From the NCBI GenBank assembly GCA_045592905.1, contig JAZNVR010000015.1:799-64798 (forward strand): a DNA stretch of 64,000 bases, given 5' to 3'. Below are positions 25,612-35,334 of the stretch, piece after piece. The notes under the pieces were generated by a model, which searched no databases, had not been told where the DNA came from, and saw nothing but the letters and a program-made list of their open reading frames with translations. The translations under genes were made by a program, and so were the position numbers. Within the stretch, counting starts at the first letter, position 1. Each line of letters starts with the position of its first letter. This DNA is from Candidatus Enterousia sp. Its GTDB lineage: Bacteria > Pseudomonadota > Alphaproteobacteria > Rs-D84.

Positions 25612-26124
25612 GTGATGAAAAAGTTTCCGATTCTTTATTGGCCACGAAAGACTGCTGGTGATTCAGAATACCAGTTGGCACGTAAAGTTATAAATAAGTC
25701 TATGGGGGTTATGCCAGACGTATGCTACGACGATTGCGACATTTCTGAAATACTGGAAAAGAATCAAAACGCTACAATATACATGCCTGTTTTTTGCGGT
25801 TCTACCGGATGGTGGGGGGAATTATTGGGCAGCAACGCTGTAATTAATGACAAACTGATTATATCCCCGGAATGTCAATTGATGGTCATTGAATCGCAAA
25901 AAAATTCAAAAACAAGTGGAACGAATCAATTATTGGCCGCAGAAATTCACCCTGCCAGCGGCTTTTTCAAGAAAATGAATTCCGGGATTGCAACTGTGGC
26001 GGACATGTTGGCCACTGATGCTGGCACAATTTTGGCGTTGTTCTCTGGTAAAAATCAAAACCAATTTATTGATATACTAGAATCTACTGGAAATTCTTAT
26101 CTGGGGTGCATTGGGCGATATTAA
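25612..26124 (+). CDS. Hypothetical protein (about 170 aa), no family recognised
   Basis: ORF downstream of the divergent VirB6-like paralog with its own promoter-like box. An alternative start is ATG 25615. Confidence 0.45.
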   Translation: MMKKFPILYWPRKTAGDSEYQLARKVINKSMGVMPDVCYDDCDISEILEKNQNATIYMPVFCGSTGWWGELLGSNAVINDKLIISPECQLMVIESQKNSKTSGTNQLLAAEIHPASGFFKKMNSGIATVADMLATDAGTILALFSGKNQNQFIDILESTGNSYLGCIGRY

Positions 26125-26138
26125 AATGTTAATATTGC

Positions 26139-26166
26139 TTGATTTCTGTAAAAATCCTTGTATAAT
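26139..26166 (+). promoter_or_regulatory. Sigma-70-like promoter of rpmE
   Basis: TTGATT (26139-26144), a 16-nt spacer, then TATAAT (26161-26166). SD AAAGGA precedes ATG 26199. Confidence 0.5.
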
Positions 26167-26198
26167 TCGCAGGCTAAAAATCAAAAAAGGACAATACA

Positions 26199-26411
26199 AT
26201 GAAACAAGGAATTCATCCTGAATATCATGAAATCAACGTTACAAGAACAGATGGCAAAACTGTAAAAATGTATTCATCTGTAAAAAAAGACTTGGTTTTA
26301 TCAACAGATAATTTGAACCATTCTGCATGGACAGGTCAACGTTCAAACGCAAGTGACAAAGGTCAACGTGCCGCAGAATTCAAAAGCAAATTTGCTGGAT
26401 TTAATTTCTAA
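26199..26411 (+). CDS. rpmE: 50S ribosomal protein L31
   Basis: MKQGIHPEYHEINVT...LNHSAWTG...FKSKFAGF is the typical L31 sequence. Confidence 0.93.
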   Translation: MKQGIHPEYHEINVTRTDGKTVKMYSSVKKDLVLSTDNLNHSAWTGQRSNASDKGQRAAEFKSKFAGFNF

Positions 26412-26441
26412 GATTAACTTTCGTCTGATGGGGGCAGCGAC

Positions 26442-27146
26442 ATGGAACTGTTGATTAAAGGTTCAACCGAATTAAACAAAATGTTTATGGCGTTGCAGCG
26501 TACTGCATCTGGTTTGCGTCGTGACTTTGGCGAAGTGGAAAATTTGCAACAATCATTACGTGGTGCACGTGATTTTGTTCAAAAGGCTTCTGCAAGGATA
26601 GAAGAAAGTATTTTATCTGATTTATTATTGGTTCGTCCAAATGCAGGGTTATTGACCCCAAATACAACACATACCGGCGATGGTCGTGATGAATTTGTAT
26701 TGGCATTATCTGGGGCTGCAAACTTTGTTCGTGGTAACCCACATTTTGCAATATCGTTGGCACTGCGTTCAAATGACGAAACAAAAATTGCATTGGTATA
26801 TTCCCCAATTGATGAAAGACTGTATTACGCAGAAGATGGACGTGGTGCATATGTATTTTCCGCATTTCATTCTGCAAGAATCAAAGTTTCCAATTTATCA
26901 GAAGAATCAGAATTAACAGTTGCATATAATACATCTGATGCACGACCAATGATTGGTGATGGACGTGTAACTGGTTGCCCAGCACTGGATTTGGCATGGG
27001 TTGCGGCTGGTAAATTTGATGCATATATTTCAGATCCACTGGATTATGCAGAAATTGCTGCTGGCGAATTAATATTACGTGAAGCAGGCGGTAAAATTGA
27101 AATGATGGCGGATTTGGTCGCCACAAATGGAAAAATAGAATTATAA
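26442..27146 (+). CDS. Inositol-monophosphatase (SuhB/IMPase) family protein with degenerate active-site motifs
   Basis: The family fold signature is present: NFVRGNPHFAISLAL, ALDLAWVAAGKFDAY and AAGELILREAGG. The canonical WxIDPLDGTTNF reads FVLALSGAANF, and the EE metal site reads TPN. Confidence 0.75.
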   Translation: MELLIKGSTELNKMFMALQRTASGLRRDFGEVENLQQSLRGARDFVQKASARIEESILSDLLLVRPNAGLLTPNTTHTGDGRDEFVLALSGAANFVRGNPHFAISLALRSNDETKIALVYSPIDERLYYAEDGRGAYVFSAFHSARIKVSNLSEESELTVAYNTSDARPMIGDGRVTGCPALDLAWVAAGKFDAYISDPLDYAEIAAGELILREAGGKIEMMADLVATNGKIEL

Positions 27147-27170
27147 AAAAACCCCAAACGGGGTTTTTTA
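27145..27170. terminator. Bidirectional terminator between the SuhB-like gene (+) and rpsO (-)
   Basis: AAAACCCC-AAAC-GGGGTTTT, flanked by an A-run and a T-run. Confidence 0.8.
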
Positions 27171-27440
27171 TTTACGCAAACCTAATTTCTTAATCAAGTT
27201 TTCGTAATCAGCAGGATTACGTTTTTTGATATAGGTTAACAATTTTTTACGACGATTAACCATCAACAATAAACCACGTTTTGAATGGTTGTCTTTGTGG
27301 TTAGCCTTCATATGTTCTGTCAAATTGCGAATACGTTCTGTCAGAACAGCAACCTGTGATTCAACGGAACCACCGTTGTCGTTTTCAGATACTTTATATG
27401 CCTGAATCAATTCAGACTTTTTTTCTTTTGTTACGGACAT
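27168..27440 (-). CDS. rpsO: 30S ribosomal protein S15
   Basis: GSVESQVAVLTERIRNLTEHMKANHKDNHSKRGLLLMVNRRKKLLTYI is the typical S15 sequence. Confidence 0.95.
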   Translation of the reverse strand: MSVTKEKKSELIQAYKVSENDNGGSVESQVAVLTERIRNLTEHMKANHKDNHSKRGLLLMVNRRKKLLTYIKKRNPADYENLIKKLGLRK

Positions 27441-27455
27441 TGTGTTTTCCTTTGT

Positions 27456-28328
27456 TTAAATTGTTCGTTTTGGTCGCAACTTTCCGTCCGCCACACATCC
27501 AATACCAACAAATAAATTATTGTTATAGATGCGTTTCAGACCATCTGTTGCACCCACTGTGATAAAGCCACCGTTTTTATAAAATTCAGTTTCTTTATCA
27601 GACAGATTCAGAACCGGAATGTCCCCCAGTCCAAAATCCACCGGCATTAATTCTTCATCAATGCACGCACTATTATTAAACAGATTTTCCAAAAAATCAA
27701 GTTTTACAGCACTTTTTATATCAAACACCCCAGATACAGTGCGTCTTATCATGTCAACAGTTGCAATTGTACCACATAAATTTGCAATATCACGTGCAAT
27801 AGAACGCACATATGTCCCACGACTGCATCGCACACGAAATTGCCATGACATTCCCGTAATTCCCATAAATTCCAGTTCGTAAATTTCAACACAGCGTGGT
27901 GGAATTTCAACTGTTTTGCCATGGCGTGCGGCATCATATGCACGTTTACCATCAACATGAACCGCACTGTATTGCGGTGGAACCTGTGATATTTTCCCGG
28001 TCAGTTTTGGTAACGCATCCAATACATCAGATTCACTTGGTACAATATTGCTTCGTTTAATTTCATGACCTGTGATATCCAATGTATCTGTTTCAAAACC
28101 GAATTGCAGTGAAAATAAATATTCTTTAACATTTGGGCTAAAATCTTCAACAAATGGTATCATCTTGGTCGCATCCCTAATTGCGATTGGTAATACCCCA
28201 GATGCCATCGGATCAAGGGTACCAATATGACCAAATTTTTTTGTACCAATCATACGGGCGATTTTACCACCGGCTGTTCTTGAAAATACCCCAGAATCTT
28301 TGTCCAAGATAACCCAACCCGATTTCAT
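27456..28328 (-). CDS. truB: tRNA pseudouridine-55 synthase
   Basis: GWVILDKDSG..S, the catalytic motif GHIGTLDPMASGVLPIAI, and GTYVRSIARD. Confidence 0.93.
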   Translation of the reverse strand: MKSGWVILDKDSGVFSRTAGGKIARMIGTKKFGHIGTLDPMASGVLPIAIRDATKMIPFVEDFSPNVKEYLFSLQFGFETDTLDITGHEIKRSNIVPSESDVLDALPKLTGKISQVPPQYSAVHVDGKRAYDAARHGKTVEIPPRCVEIYELEFMGITGMSWQFRVRCSRGTYVRSIARDIANLCGTIATVDMIRRTVSGVFDIKSAVKLDFLENLFNNSACIDEELMPVDFGLGDIPVLNLSDKETEFYKNGGFITVGATDGLKRIYNNNLFVGIGCVADGKLRPKRTI

Positions 28329-28828
28329 TCTTTAACCCTATCCAGTCGGTTTTTTGAAATAGTTACAGTTTTGATAAATTGTTCTAATCGTGAATTTTCT
28401 CCGCGTCCACATACCGGGTGTATTTGTTCCAGTGTTTTGTTATTTATCACATAATTGCTTTTATAAATTATATATGTTTCGTGCAGTTCTTCGGAAAGCT
28501 TTGCAGGAAAATGTGGGGCTGTGACCTTTATTTTATCAGAATCTGGTATTTGTTCAACTTTTTCGCCAATATAAAAAACAAAGGCATTATTAAGATTATC
28601 TCCAAAAACACATGGTATTTTTAACCCCAGTTCAAAATCAAAGATAACCTCGGCCGATAAAGCAAAACGCTTTTCTGTGCCACGTGATACATCATATGAT
28701 TTGCCATCAGTATTATATTTACGCAAAAAATCAAAGTGTTTTATATGGTTACACAACCCATCGGATGTAAAACAAACCTCGTTCTCTTTACCGTTAAATG
28801 GTTTAAAAATATATTTTATATTACTCAT
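28325..28828 (-). CDS. Hypothetical protein (167 aa) embedded between mutS and truB
   Basis: ORF with an ATGA overlap onto the truB start, beginning 15 nt after the mutS stop. I recognise no family and it is not RbfA-like. Confidence 0.5.
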   Translation of the reverse strand: MSNIKYIFKPFNGKENEVCFTSDGLCNHIKHFDFLRKYNTDGKSYDVSRGTEKRFALSAEVIFDFELGLKIPCVFGDNLNNAFVFYIGEKVEQIPDSDKIKVTAPHFPAKLSEELHETYIIYKSNYVINNKTLEQIHPVCGRGENSRLEQFIKTVTISKNRLDRVKE

Positions 28829-28843
28829 TTAATTTTCCTTTTA

Positions 28844-31366
28844 TTACCCAAACAGATTTAATTGTGGGGGCAGTTCATCTGAAACAACAGGCTTTTTACG
28901 TTGTGCATGTTTTGATGTGTTTTGCATTGGCACCGACATTTCATTGCTTTCCAGTGCGGTTAATACACTTTCTGCACGTGCCACAACAGATTCTGGCATA
29001 CCTGCCATTTTTGCAACCTGGATACCGTACGAACGATTTGCAACACCAGATACAATTTTATGCATAAATATAATTTCATTATTATGTTCACGCACATCAA
29101 TCGTCAGGCACGACACATTGTTTAAATATCCGTTTAATACCAATCCTGTCAATTCATGATAATGTGTTGCAAACAATGTGCGTGGAGATAATTCATTCAG
29201 GTATTCTAATACCGCCTGGGCGATTGCCATGCCGTCATATGTCGCAGTACCACGCCCAATTTCATCAAATATGATAAACGAACGATTTGTTGCACGATTT
29301 AATATGTTGGCAGTTTCACTCATTTCTACCATAAATGTAGATTGCCCTGCTGCCAGATTGTCTGATGCACCAACACGACTGAACAACTGGTCGCATATAC
29401 CGATTGTCGCCTGCTGTGCGGGAACAAACGAACCCATATGTGCCAAGACAACAATTATCGCATTTTGACGCAAGTATGTTGATTTACCAGCCATATTTGG
29501 CCCTGTTAACAGTGCGATTGAATTTGCATTTAAATTGCAATCGTTTTTAACAAAATTATCACCGCTTTTACGCAGAACAGATTCAATCACAGGATGACGA
29601 CCACCAACAACATCAAACGCACAATCATCTGTCATGTTTGGTCGTACCCATGAATATTTATCTGCGACATTTGATAAAGAACACCAAACATCTGCATCAG
29701 CCAATAAGTCTGCAGTTGTTAATAAATCATCTGCGATTTGTCGTATAGATTCAATAAATTCGTTTATAATTTCTGCTTCTATCCCTGCAGCTTTTTCAGC
29801 AGCACTGCGTACATCATTATCTAAATCAATCAAACGAGATGTCGTAAAACGCATGTTGCCCGCCATTGTTTGACGATGAATAAAGCCAGATTCCGGATTC
29901 ATTAACGTATCTGCACGTGCGGATGGAACCTCTATAAAATATCCCAAGATATTATTGTACTTTATTTTTAATGTATTGATACCTGTCTGATTAATATATT
30001 CTGATTGCAATGCAGCAATTGTTTCACGCCCACCATGCGATAATCCACGCATATTGTCCAGTGCAACATCAAAGCCATCACGAATAACATTACCATCACG
30101 AAAAAATGTTGGTAATTCATCAGCCAATGCATTTTTCAATCTGACACAAATATCACCATGTAAATTTATATCTGAAAAACGTTGTGCAAAAACACCATCC
30201 AATCGTGATGCAATAATATGTGCATGTGGCAAAGCACATAAAAATTCAGATACATTACGTAAATCACGTGGACCACCACGACCAGATAACAGTCTGGATA
30301 TCGCACGACCAACATCAGGAACAGATGATAAAATATTTTCAACAAATGATTTTACATCTGGATTTAACATAAAATGCGATATATGTTGTTGACGTAAATT
30401 TATCTCGTTTATATCACCTGATAAATTTCGTAAATACGAACGTAATTTTCTGGCACCTGCAGCGGTACAGGTTTCATCCAACACATCAATCAAGCATGCA
30501 CCACCATCATTTATTGGAGAATCAATTTCTAAACTTTTCCAAGTAGACGAATCAATCAATAATTGCTTGCCTGATTTGAACGTATACGGTGTACGAAACG
30601 TTATTGCAGCACCACGTTGTGTATTAAACAAATACCCCGCCAACAAGCAAATTGCACTGTCCGAATTTTTTGCAACTTCCCCTGCGTTCACAGCACAACC
30701 AAACACCCGAGATACAACAATATCAATATCGCTGCGGTGGTATAATTTTTCATACACAGGTGTAGTTTTGAATGCATTACGAATTTTTATAACCGTTTTT
30801 TCTTCGGCACTGCCAAAAGGAAATATAACTTCTGCAGGGTTTATTCGTGTCAAATCATCAATAACATCTGCAGATTGACCCACAAAGAATTCCCCTGTTG
30901 AAATATCACAACCTGCAACATCATATTTTTTACCCCCAATTGGAACAACGGCAACCAAAAAATTAGAAGATTTTGGGGTTAATAAATTATCATCCGTCAA
31001 TGTACCAGGTGTTAAAACACGTACAACCTGACGATCAATATATTTATGTCCACGTTCCTTGGCCTGGGCAGGCGTTTCCATTTGTTCAACCAATGCAACT
31101 TTGTAACCATTGCGAACAAGACGCCCAAAATAGTTATCTGCCGCATGCCAAGGAATACCACACATTGGAATATTATTGCCATCACCATCTGTTCCACGTG
31201 CCGTTAAAACCAAACTTAACACAGAACTGATTGTTTTAGCGTCTTCAAAAAACGATTCATAAAAATCACCCAGCCTAAACATTAACAATGCATCCGGGTT
31301 TTCTGCCTTCATATCAACATACTGTTGCATAACAGGTGTTAATTTATTTTTATCTGCCACGACCAC
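28844..31366 (-). CDS. mutS: DNA mismatch repair protein MutS
   Basis: TPVMQQYVDMKAENPDALLMFRLGDFYESFFEDA, Walker A GPNMAGKSTYLRQ, STFMVEM and DEIGRGTATYDG. Confidence 0.96.
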   Translation of the reverse strand: MVVADKNKLTPVMQQYVDMKAENPDALLMFRLGDFYESFFEDAKTISSVLSLVLTARGTDGDGNNIPMCGIPWHAADNYFGRLVRNGYKVALVEQMETPAQAKERGHKYIDRQVVRVLTPGTLTDDNLLTPKSSNFLVAVVPIGGKKYDVAGCDISTGEFFVGQSADVIDDLTRINPAEVIFPFGSAEEKTVIKIRNAFKTTPVYEKLYHRSDIDIVVSRVFGCAVNAGEVAKNSDSAICLLAGYLFNTQRGAAITFRTPYTFKSGKQLLIDSSTWKSLEIDSPINDGGACLIDVLDETCTAAGARKLRSYLRNLSGDINEINLRQQHISHFMLNPDVKSFVENILSSVPDVGRAISRLLSGRGGPRDLRNVSEFLCALPHAHIIASRLDGVFAQRFSDINLHGDICVRLKNALADELPTFFRDGNVIRDGFDVALDNMRGLSHGGRETIAALQSEYINQTGINTLKIKYNNILGYFIEVPSARADTLMNPESGFIHRQTMAGNMRFTTSRLIDLDNDVRSAAEKAAGIEAEIINEFIESIRQIADDLLTTADLLADADVWCSLSNVADKYSWVRPNMTDDCAFDVVGGRHPVIESVLRKSGDNFVKNDCNLNANSIALLTGPNMAGKSTYLRQNAIIVVLAHMGSFVPAQQATIGICDQLFSRVGASDNLAAGQSTFMVEMSETANILNRATNRSFIIFDEIGRGTATYDGMAIAQAVLEYLNELSPRTLFATHYHELTGLVLNGYLNNVSCLTIDVREHNNEIIFMHKIVSGVANRSYGIQVAKMAGMPESVVARAESVLTALESNEMSVPMQNTSKHAQRKKPVVSDELPPQLNLFG

Positions 31367-31384
31367 ATCCGTTTTATAGAATTT

Positions 31385-31579
31385 TTAAGCGTTTACTTTC
31401 AGTGTTTCTATTTTTAATTCTGCTTCTTTTAATAACTGTTCGCAATATGCCTTTAACTTGATGCCTTGTTCATATGCAGCAACAGAATCAGCCAATGGTA
31501 ATTCGCCAGATTCCATTTTTTTAACCAAATCCATCAATTGTTTATACGCTTCCTCAAAACTCAACTTTACATCTGTCAT
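31385..31579 (-). CDS. xseB: Exodeoxyribonuclease VII small subunit
   Basis: 64 aa with SFEEAYKQLMDLVKKMESGELPLADSVAAYEQGIKLKAYCEQLL, the typical XseB sequence. Confidence 0.85.
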   Translation of the reverse strand: MTDVKLSFEEAYKQLMDLVKKMESGELPLADSVAAYEQGIKLKAYCEQLLKEAELKIETLKVNA

Positions 31580-31633
31580 AAAAAACCCCTTAGATTACAA
31601 AAATTACGATACAAAAATAAATTGATGTTTTCA

Positions 31634-31660
31634 ATTAAAAATCCCCCAAGTGGGGGATTT
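31634..31660 (-). terminator. Rho-independent terminator after ppdK
   Basis: On the minus strand, ATCCCCC-ACTT-GGGGGAT is followed by TTTTAATT. Confidence 0.75.
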
Positions 31661-31664
31661 ATTT

Positions 31665-34325
31665 TTAGTTGTTCTTTGGGAACTTAACCGCAGCCTGTGC
31701 AGCAGCCAATCGTGCAATTGGCACACGGAAAGGAGAACAAGATACAGAATTAAATCCAACCTGATGGAAGAAGGAAATAGATTCTGGATCGCCACCATGT
31801 TCACCACATACGCCCAAGTGAATATTATTACCCTTGGTTGCACGTGCTTTCTGTACAGCGTCTTTTATTAAAATACCGACACCCAATTGGTCAACAGATG
31901 CAAATGGGTCTGCAACATATACACCACGAGCACGATATTCATCCAAGATTTTTGCAGTATCATCACGTGACATACCCAATGTTGTTTGGGTCAAATCATT
32001 TGTTCCAAATTCAAAGAATTCGCAACTTTCTGCAATTTCATTTGCCAAAACCGCTGCACGTGGCAATTCAATCATTGAACCAACAGTGTATTCAACAGTT
32101 TCGCCTTTTTCTGCGAACAATGAATTTGCAGTTGCATCAATCACAGCCTTAACAATATCAACTTCTTTTTTGGAACCAACCAATGGAACTTCAATTTCTG
32201 GGAACACTTTGATTCCGTTGGCCTTGCATTCCAATGCAGCAGACAATATTGCACGTGTTTGCATTTCGCAAATTTCTGGATATGTAATTGCCAAGCGACA
32301 ACCACGATGACCCAACATTGGATTTTGTTCATGCAATTGTTCTGCACGTTGTTTAATAAATTCAACTGTCTTGCCAATATGTTTCGCTAATTCTTCTATT
32401 TCAGTATCCGTATGTGGCAAGAATTCATGTAATGGTGGGTCAATCAAACGAATTGTAACTGGCAGACCATCCATAATTTTGAACAATTCAACAAAGTCAG
32501 CCTTTTGATATGGCAATAATTTTGCCAATGCTGCACGACGACCTGCTTCGTCTTCGGCCAAAATCATTTCTCTCATATCTTGGATACGAGATGGATCAAA
32601 GAACATATGTTCTGTACGTGCCAAGCCAATACCTTCGGCACCAAAATCACGTGCTTGTTTTGCGTCTTTTGGTGTTTCTGCATTTGCTTTAACAGTTAAT
32701 GTCTTGATTTCATCAACCCATTTCATCAACGTACCAAAATTACCCGTCAATTCAACAGATACTGTTGGAATTTGTCCTGCGATAATTTGACCCTTGGCAC
32801 CGTCAATAGATACCCAGTCACCTTCGTGGATAACAGTACCATCTGTTGTTTTCAATGTTTTTGCTTCGTAATCAATCTTGATGTCTGGCGACCCAGATAC
32901 GCATGGTGTACCCATACCACGTGCAACCACTGCCGCATGTGATGTCATACCACCACGTGCAGTAATAACACCTTGGGCAGCATTCATACCAGCGATATCT
33001 TCTGGGGATGTTTCAATACGAATCAACATAACTTTTTTGCCTTCGGCAGCCCATTTTTCTGCATCTTCAGCGTTAAACACAGCCTGACCAACAGCAGCAC
33101 CTGGGGATGCAGGCAACCCTGTCGCAATAATTTTCTTTTCTGCCTTTGGATCCAACATTGGATGCAATAAGTGATCCAATTGTTCTGCACCAACACGCAA
33201 AATTGCTTCTTCTTTTGTCAGCAATCCTTCTTCTACCATTTCAACAGCCATGCGAACAGCAGCAGCGGCAGTACGTTTACCATTACGGCATTGTAACATC
33301 CACAATTTTCCATGTTCAATTGTGAATTCCATATCTTGCATATCTTTGTAATGTTTTTCCAACTTTTCACGAACATCACACAATTCTGCATATACTGATG
33401 GCATCGCTTCTTCCAAAGACAAACGACCAGAGCCATCTTTGCTCATTGGTTGTGGTGTGCGAATACCAGCCACAACGTCTTCACCTTGGGCGTTAATCAA
33501 ATATTCGCCATAGTACTTATTTTCACCTGTTGCAGGGTCACGACTGAAGCATACGCCAGTTGCACTGTCGTCGCCAGAATTACCGAATACCATTGCTTGA
33601 ACATTAACAGCAGTACCCCAATCAGCAGGAATATTATTCAGTTTACGATATGTGATGGCTTTCTTACTCATCCAAGAACCAAATACAGCCCCAATACCCA
33701 TTTCTAATTGTTTCCATGGATCTTGTGGGAAAACTTTGCCAATTTTAACACCGATTTCTTTGAACTTTTCAACCAAGTCTTTCAAATCATCTGCGGTTAA
33801 TTCTGTATCCAGTTTATAACCTTTGTCTTCCTTCATACGTTCCAGTGTGTGTTCAAACAGGTCAATATCTGCACCCATAACAACTTCACTAAACATCATG
33901 ATAAAGCGACGATATGAATCATATGCAAAACGTTCGTTACCAGAAATTTTTGCCAACGCTTTTACTGTATCGTCATTCAAACCCAGATTCAAAACAGTGT
34001 CCATCATACCAGGCATTGATACACGTGCACCAGAACGAACAGATACCAACAATGGATTTTCCAAGTCTGCAAATTTTTTGCCCATGATATTTTCAACATG
34101 TGCAATACCTGCATGTACTTGATCCATTAAATCAGATGGATATGTTTGATTGTTTTCATAGTAATATGTACAAACATCAGTTGTAACTGTAAATCCTGCA
34201 GGAACAGGCAGACCAACCAAGTTCATTTCAGCCAAATTTGCACCTTTGCCACCAAGCAGATTTTTCATATCTGCTTGACCTTCGGCCTGGCCATTACCGA
34301 AAGTATATACCCATTTATTGCTCAT
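31665..34325 (-). CDS. ppdK: Pyruvate, phosphate dikinase
   Basis: 886 aa with MSNKWVYTFGNG...GGKGANLAEM, the phosphohistidine region GGMTSHAAVVARGMG, and the C-terminal PEP-utilising domain GICGE-type LGVCGEHGGDP. Confidence 0.96.
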   Translation of the reverse strand: MSNKWVYTFGNGQAEGQADMKNLLGGKGANLAEMNLVGLPVPAGFTVTTDVCTYYYENNQTYPSDLMDQVHAGIAHVENIMGKKFADLENPLLVSVRSGARVSMPGMMDTVLNLGLNDDTVKALAKISGNERFAYDSYRRFIMMFSEVVMGADIDLFEHTLERMKEDKGYKLDTELTADDLKDLVEKFKEIGVKIGKVFPQDPWKQLEMGIGAVFGSWMSKKAITYRKLNNIPADWGTAVNVQAMVFGNSGDDSATGVCFSRDPATGENKYYGEYLINAQGEDVVAGIRTPQPMSKDGSGRLSLEEAMPSVYAELCDVREKLEKHYKDMQDMEFTIEHGKLWMLQCRNGKRTAAAAVRMAVEMVEEGLLTKEEAILRVGAEQLDHLLHPMLDPKAEKKIIATGLPASPGAAVGQAVFNAEDAEKWAAEGKKVMLIRIETSPEDIAGMNAAQGVITARGGMTSHAAVVARGMGTPCVSGSPDIKIDYEAKTLKTTDGTVIHEGDWVSIDGAKGQIIAGQIPTVSVELTGNFGTLMKWVDEIKTLTVKANAETPKDAKQARDFGAEGIGLARTEHMFFDPSRIQDMREMILAEDEAGRRAALAKLLPYQKADFVELFKIMDGLPVTIRLIDPPLHEFLPHTDTEIEELAKHIGKTVEFIKQRAEQLHEQNPMLGHRGCRLAITYPEICEMQTRAILSAALECKANGIKVFPEIEVPLVGSKKEVDIVKAVIDATANSLFAEKGETVEYTVGSMIELPRAAVLANEIAESCEFFEFGTNDLTQTTLGMSRDDTAKILDEYRARGVYVADPFASVDQLGVGILIKDAVQKARATKGNNIHLGVCGEHGGDPESISFFHQVGFNSVSCSPFRVPIARLAAAQAAVKFPKNN

Positions 34326-34387
34326 GGTTTCTCCTTGCGTTTAATTAAAAAATGCTCACCGATTGTGGGGCAGATATCATATAAAAG

Positions 34388-34420
34388 CAAGAAAAAAATC
34401 CATAAAAATATGGATTTTCT
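34388..34420 (-). terminator. Rho-independent terminator after the PTA/PTB-family gene
   Basis: On the minus strand, AAATCCATA-TTTT-TATGGATTT is followed by a T-run. Confidence 0.7.
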
Positions 34421-34426
34421 TGTTTT

Positions 34427-35320
34427 TTACATATTGCACGCACATGCAATTGAAAACAATTTGGAAATATCGCTGTCTGAACGTGAATTTATAATCACAG
34501 GTGCAGTTGCCCCAACAATAATACCACCAAAAATCCAATCACCAAATTGAACCATTGATTTAATTGTGTTGTTGCCTGCCTCTATATTATCAAACAATAA
34601 AATATCTGCATTGCCATTAATTGGACCATCGTAATTTTTTATCATTGCAGCATCTGGCGATACAGCAATATCAAACGAAATTGGACCACTGATAATACAA
34701 TCAGAAATCTCTTTATGTAAATTCATTTCATATAAAGCTTGTGCATCAAGTGTTGCCGGCATTGCAGGGTTTACTGTTTCAACAGCACACAACGGTGCAA
34801 CACGTGGACATGCGATTCCCATATTTCGTGCAACAGACACAGCATTTTTTATAAGTTGCACTTTTTTATCCAAATCAGGATACATAACCATTGCAATATC
34901 TGTTAAAAATAGTTTACGTTGCAGTTTTGGCGAATACAAAACAGATACGTGTGATAATATTCCATCACCACGAATGCCAGTATCACGATTTAATACAGCA
35001 CGCAAAATATCAGCAGTATGAATTAACCCCTTCATTAAAATATCTGCACGACCTTTTTTTATTAAACTAACAGCAGTTTTTGCAGCAGCCAATTCATCTG
35101 TACAATTAACAATTTCAAATGCAGATATATTAATATTGTTTTGCTGGGCAACCGATTTTATTTGCGTTTCGTCACCACATAAAATCGCATTTGCAAAGCC
35201 CATATTATATGCAGTTTGTAACGACATCAAAACATTGGCATCAGTCGCATTCGCAACAGATATTGTATGCATTTTGACTGGCCGCATAGATTCTAAGATT
35301 TGTAAAAATTCCGAATTCAT
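34427..35320 (-). CDS. Phosphate acetyl/butyryl-transferase family protein (PTA_PTB)
   Basis: 297 aa. ADILMKGLIHTADILRAVL, SHVSVLYSP and TDIAMVMYPDLDKKVQLIKNAV fit the phosphate butyryltransferase-like family pattern. Confidence 0.75.
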   Translation of the reverse strand: MNSEFLQILESMRPVKMHTISVANATDANVLMSLQTAYNMGFANAILCGDETQIKSVAQQNNINISAFEIVNCTDELAAAKTAVSLIKKGRADILMKGLIHTADILRAVLNRDTGIRGDGILSHVSVLYSPKLQRKLFLTDIAMVMYPDLDKKVQLIKNAVSVARNMGIACPRVAPLCAVETVNPAMPATLDAQALYEMNLHKEISDCIISGPISFDIAVSPDAAMIKNYDGPINGNADILLFDNIEAGNNTIKSMVQFGDWIFGGIIVGATAPVIINSRSDSDISKLFSIACACNM

Positions 35321-35334
35321 TTATATACACCTGT

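Noticed and set aside
31834-34550. Plus-strand ORFs antisense to ppdK (for example 31834..32310 and 34146..34550)
   Set aside because: They lie inside or opposite the unambiguous 886-aa ppdK ORF and show no independent signals.
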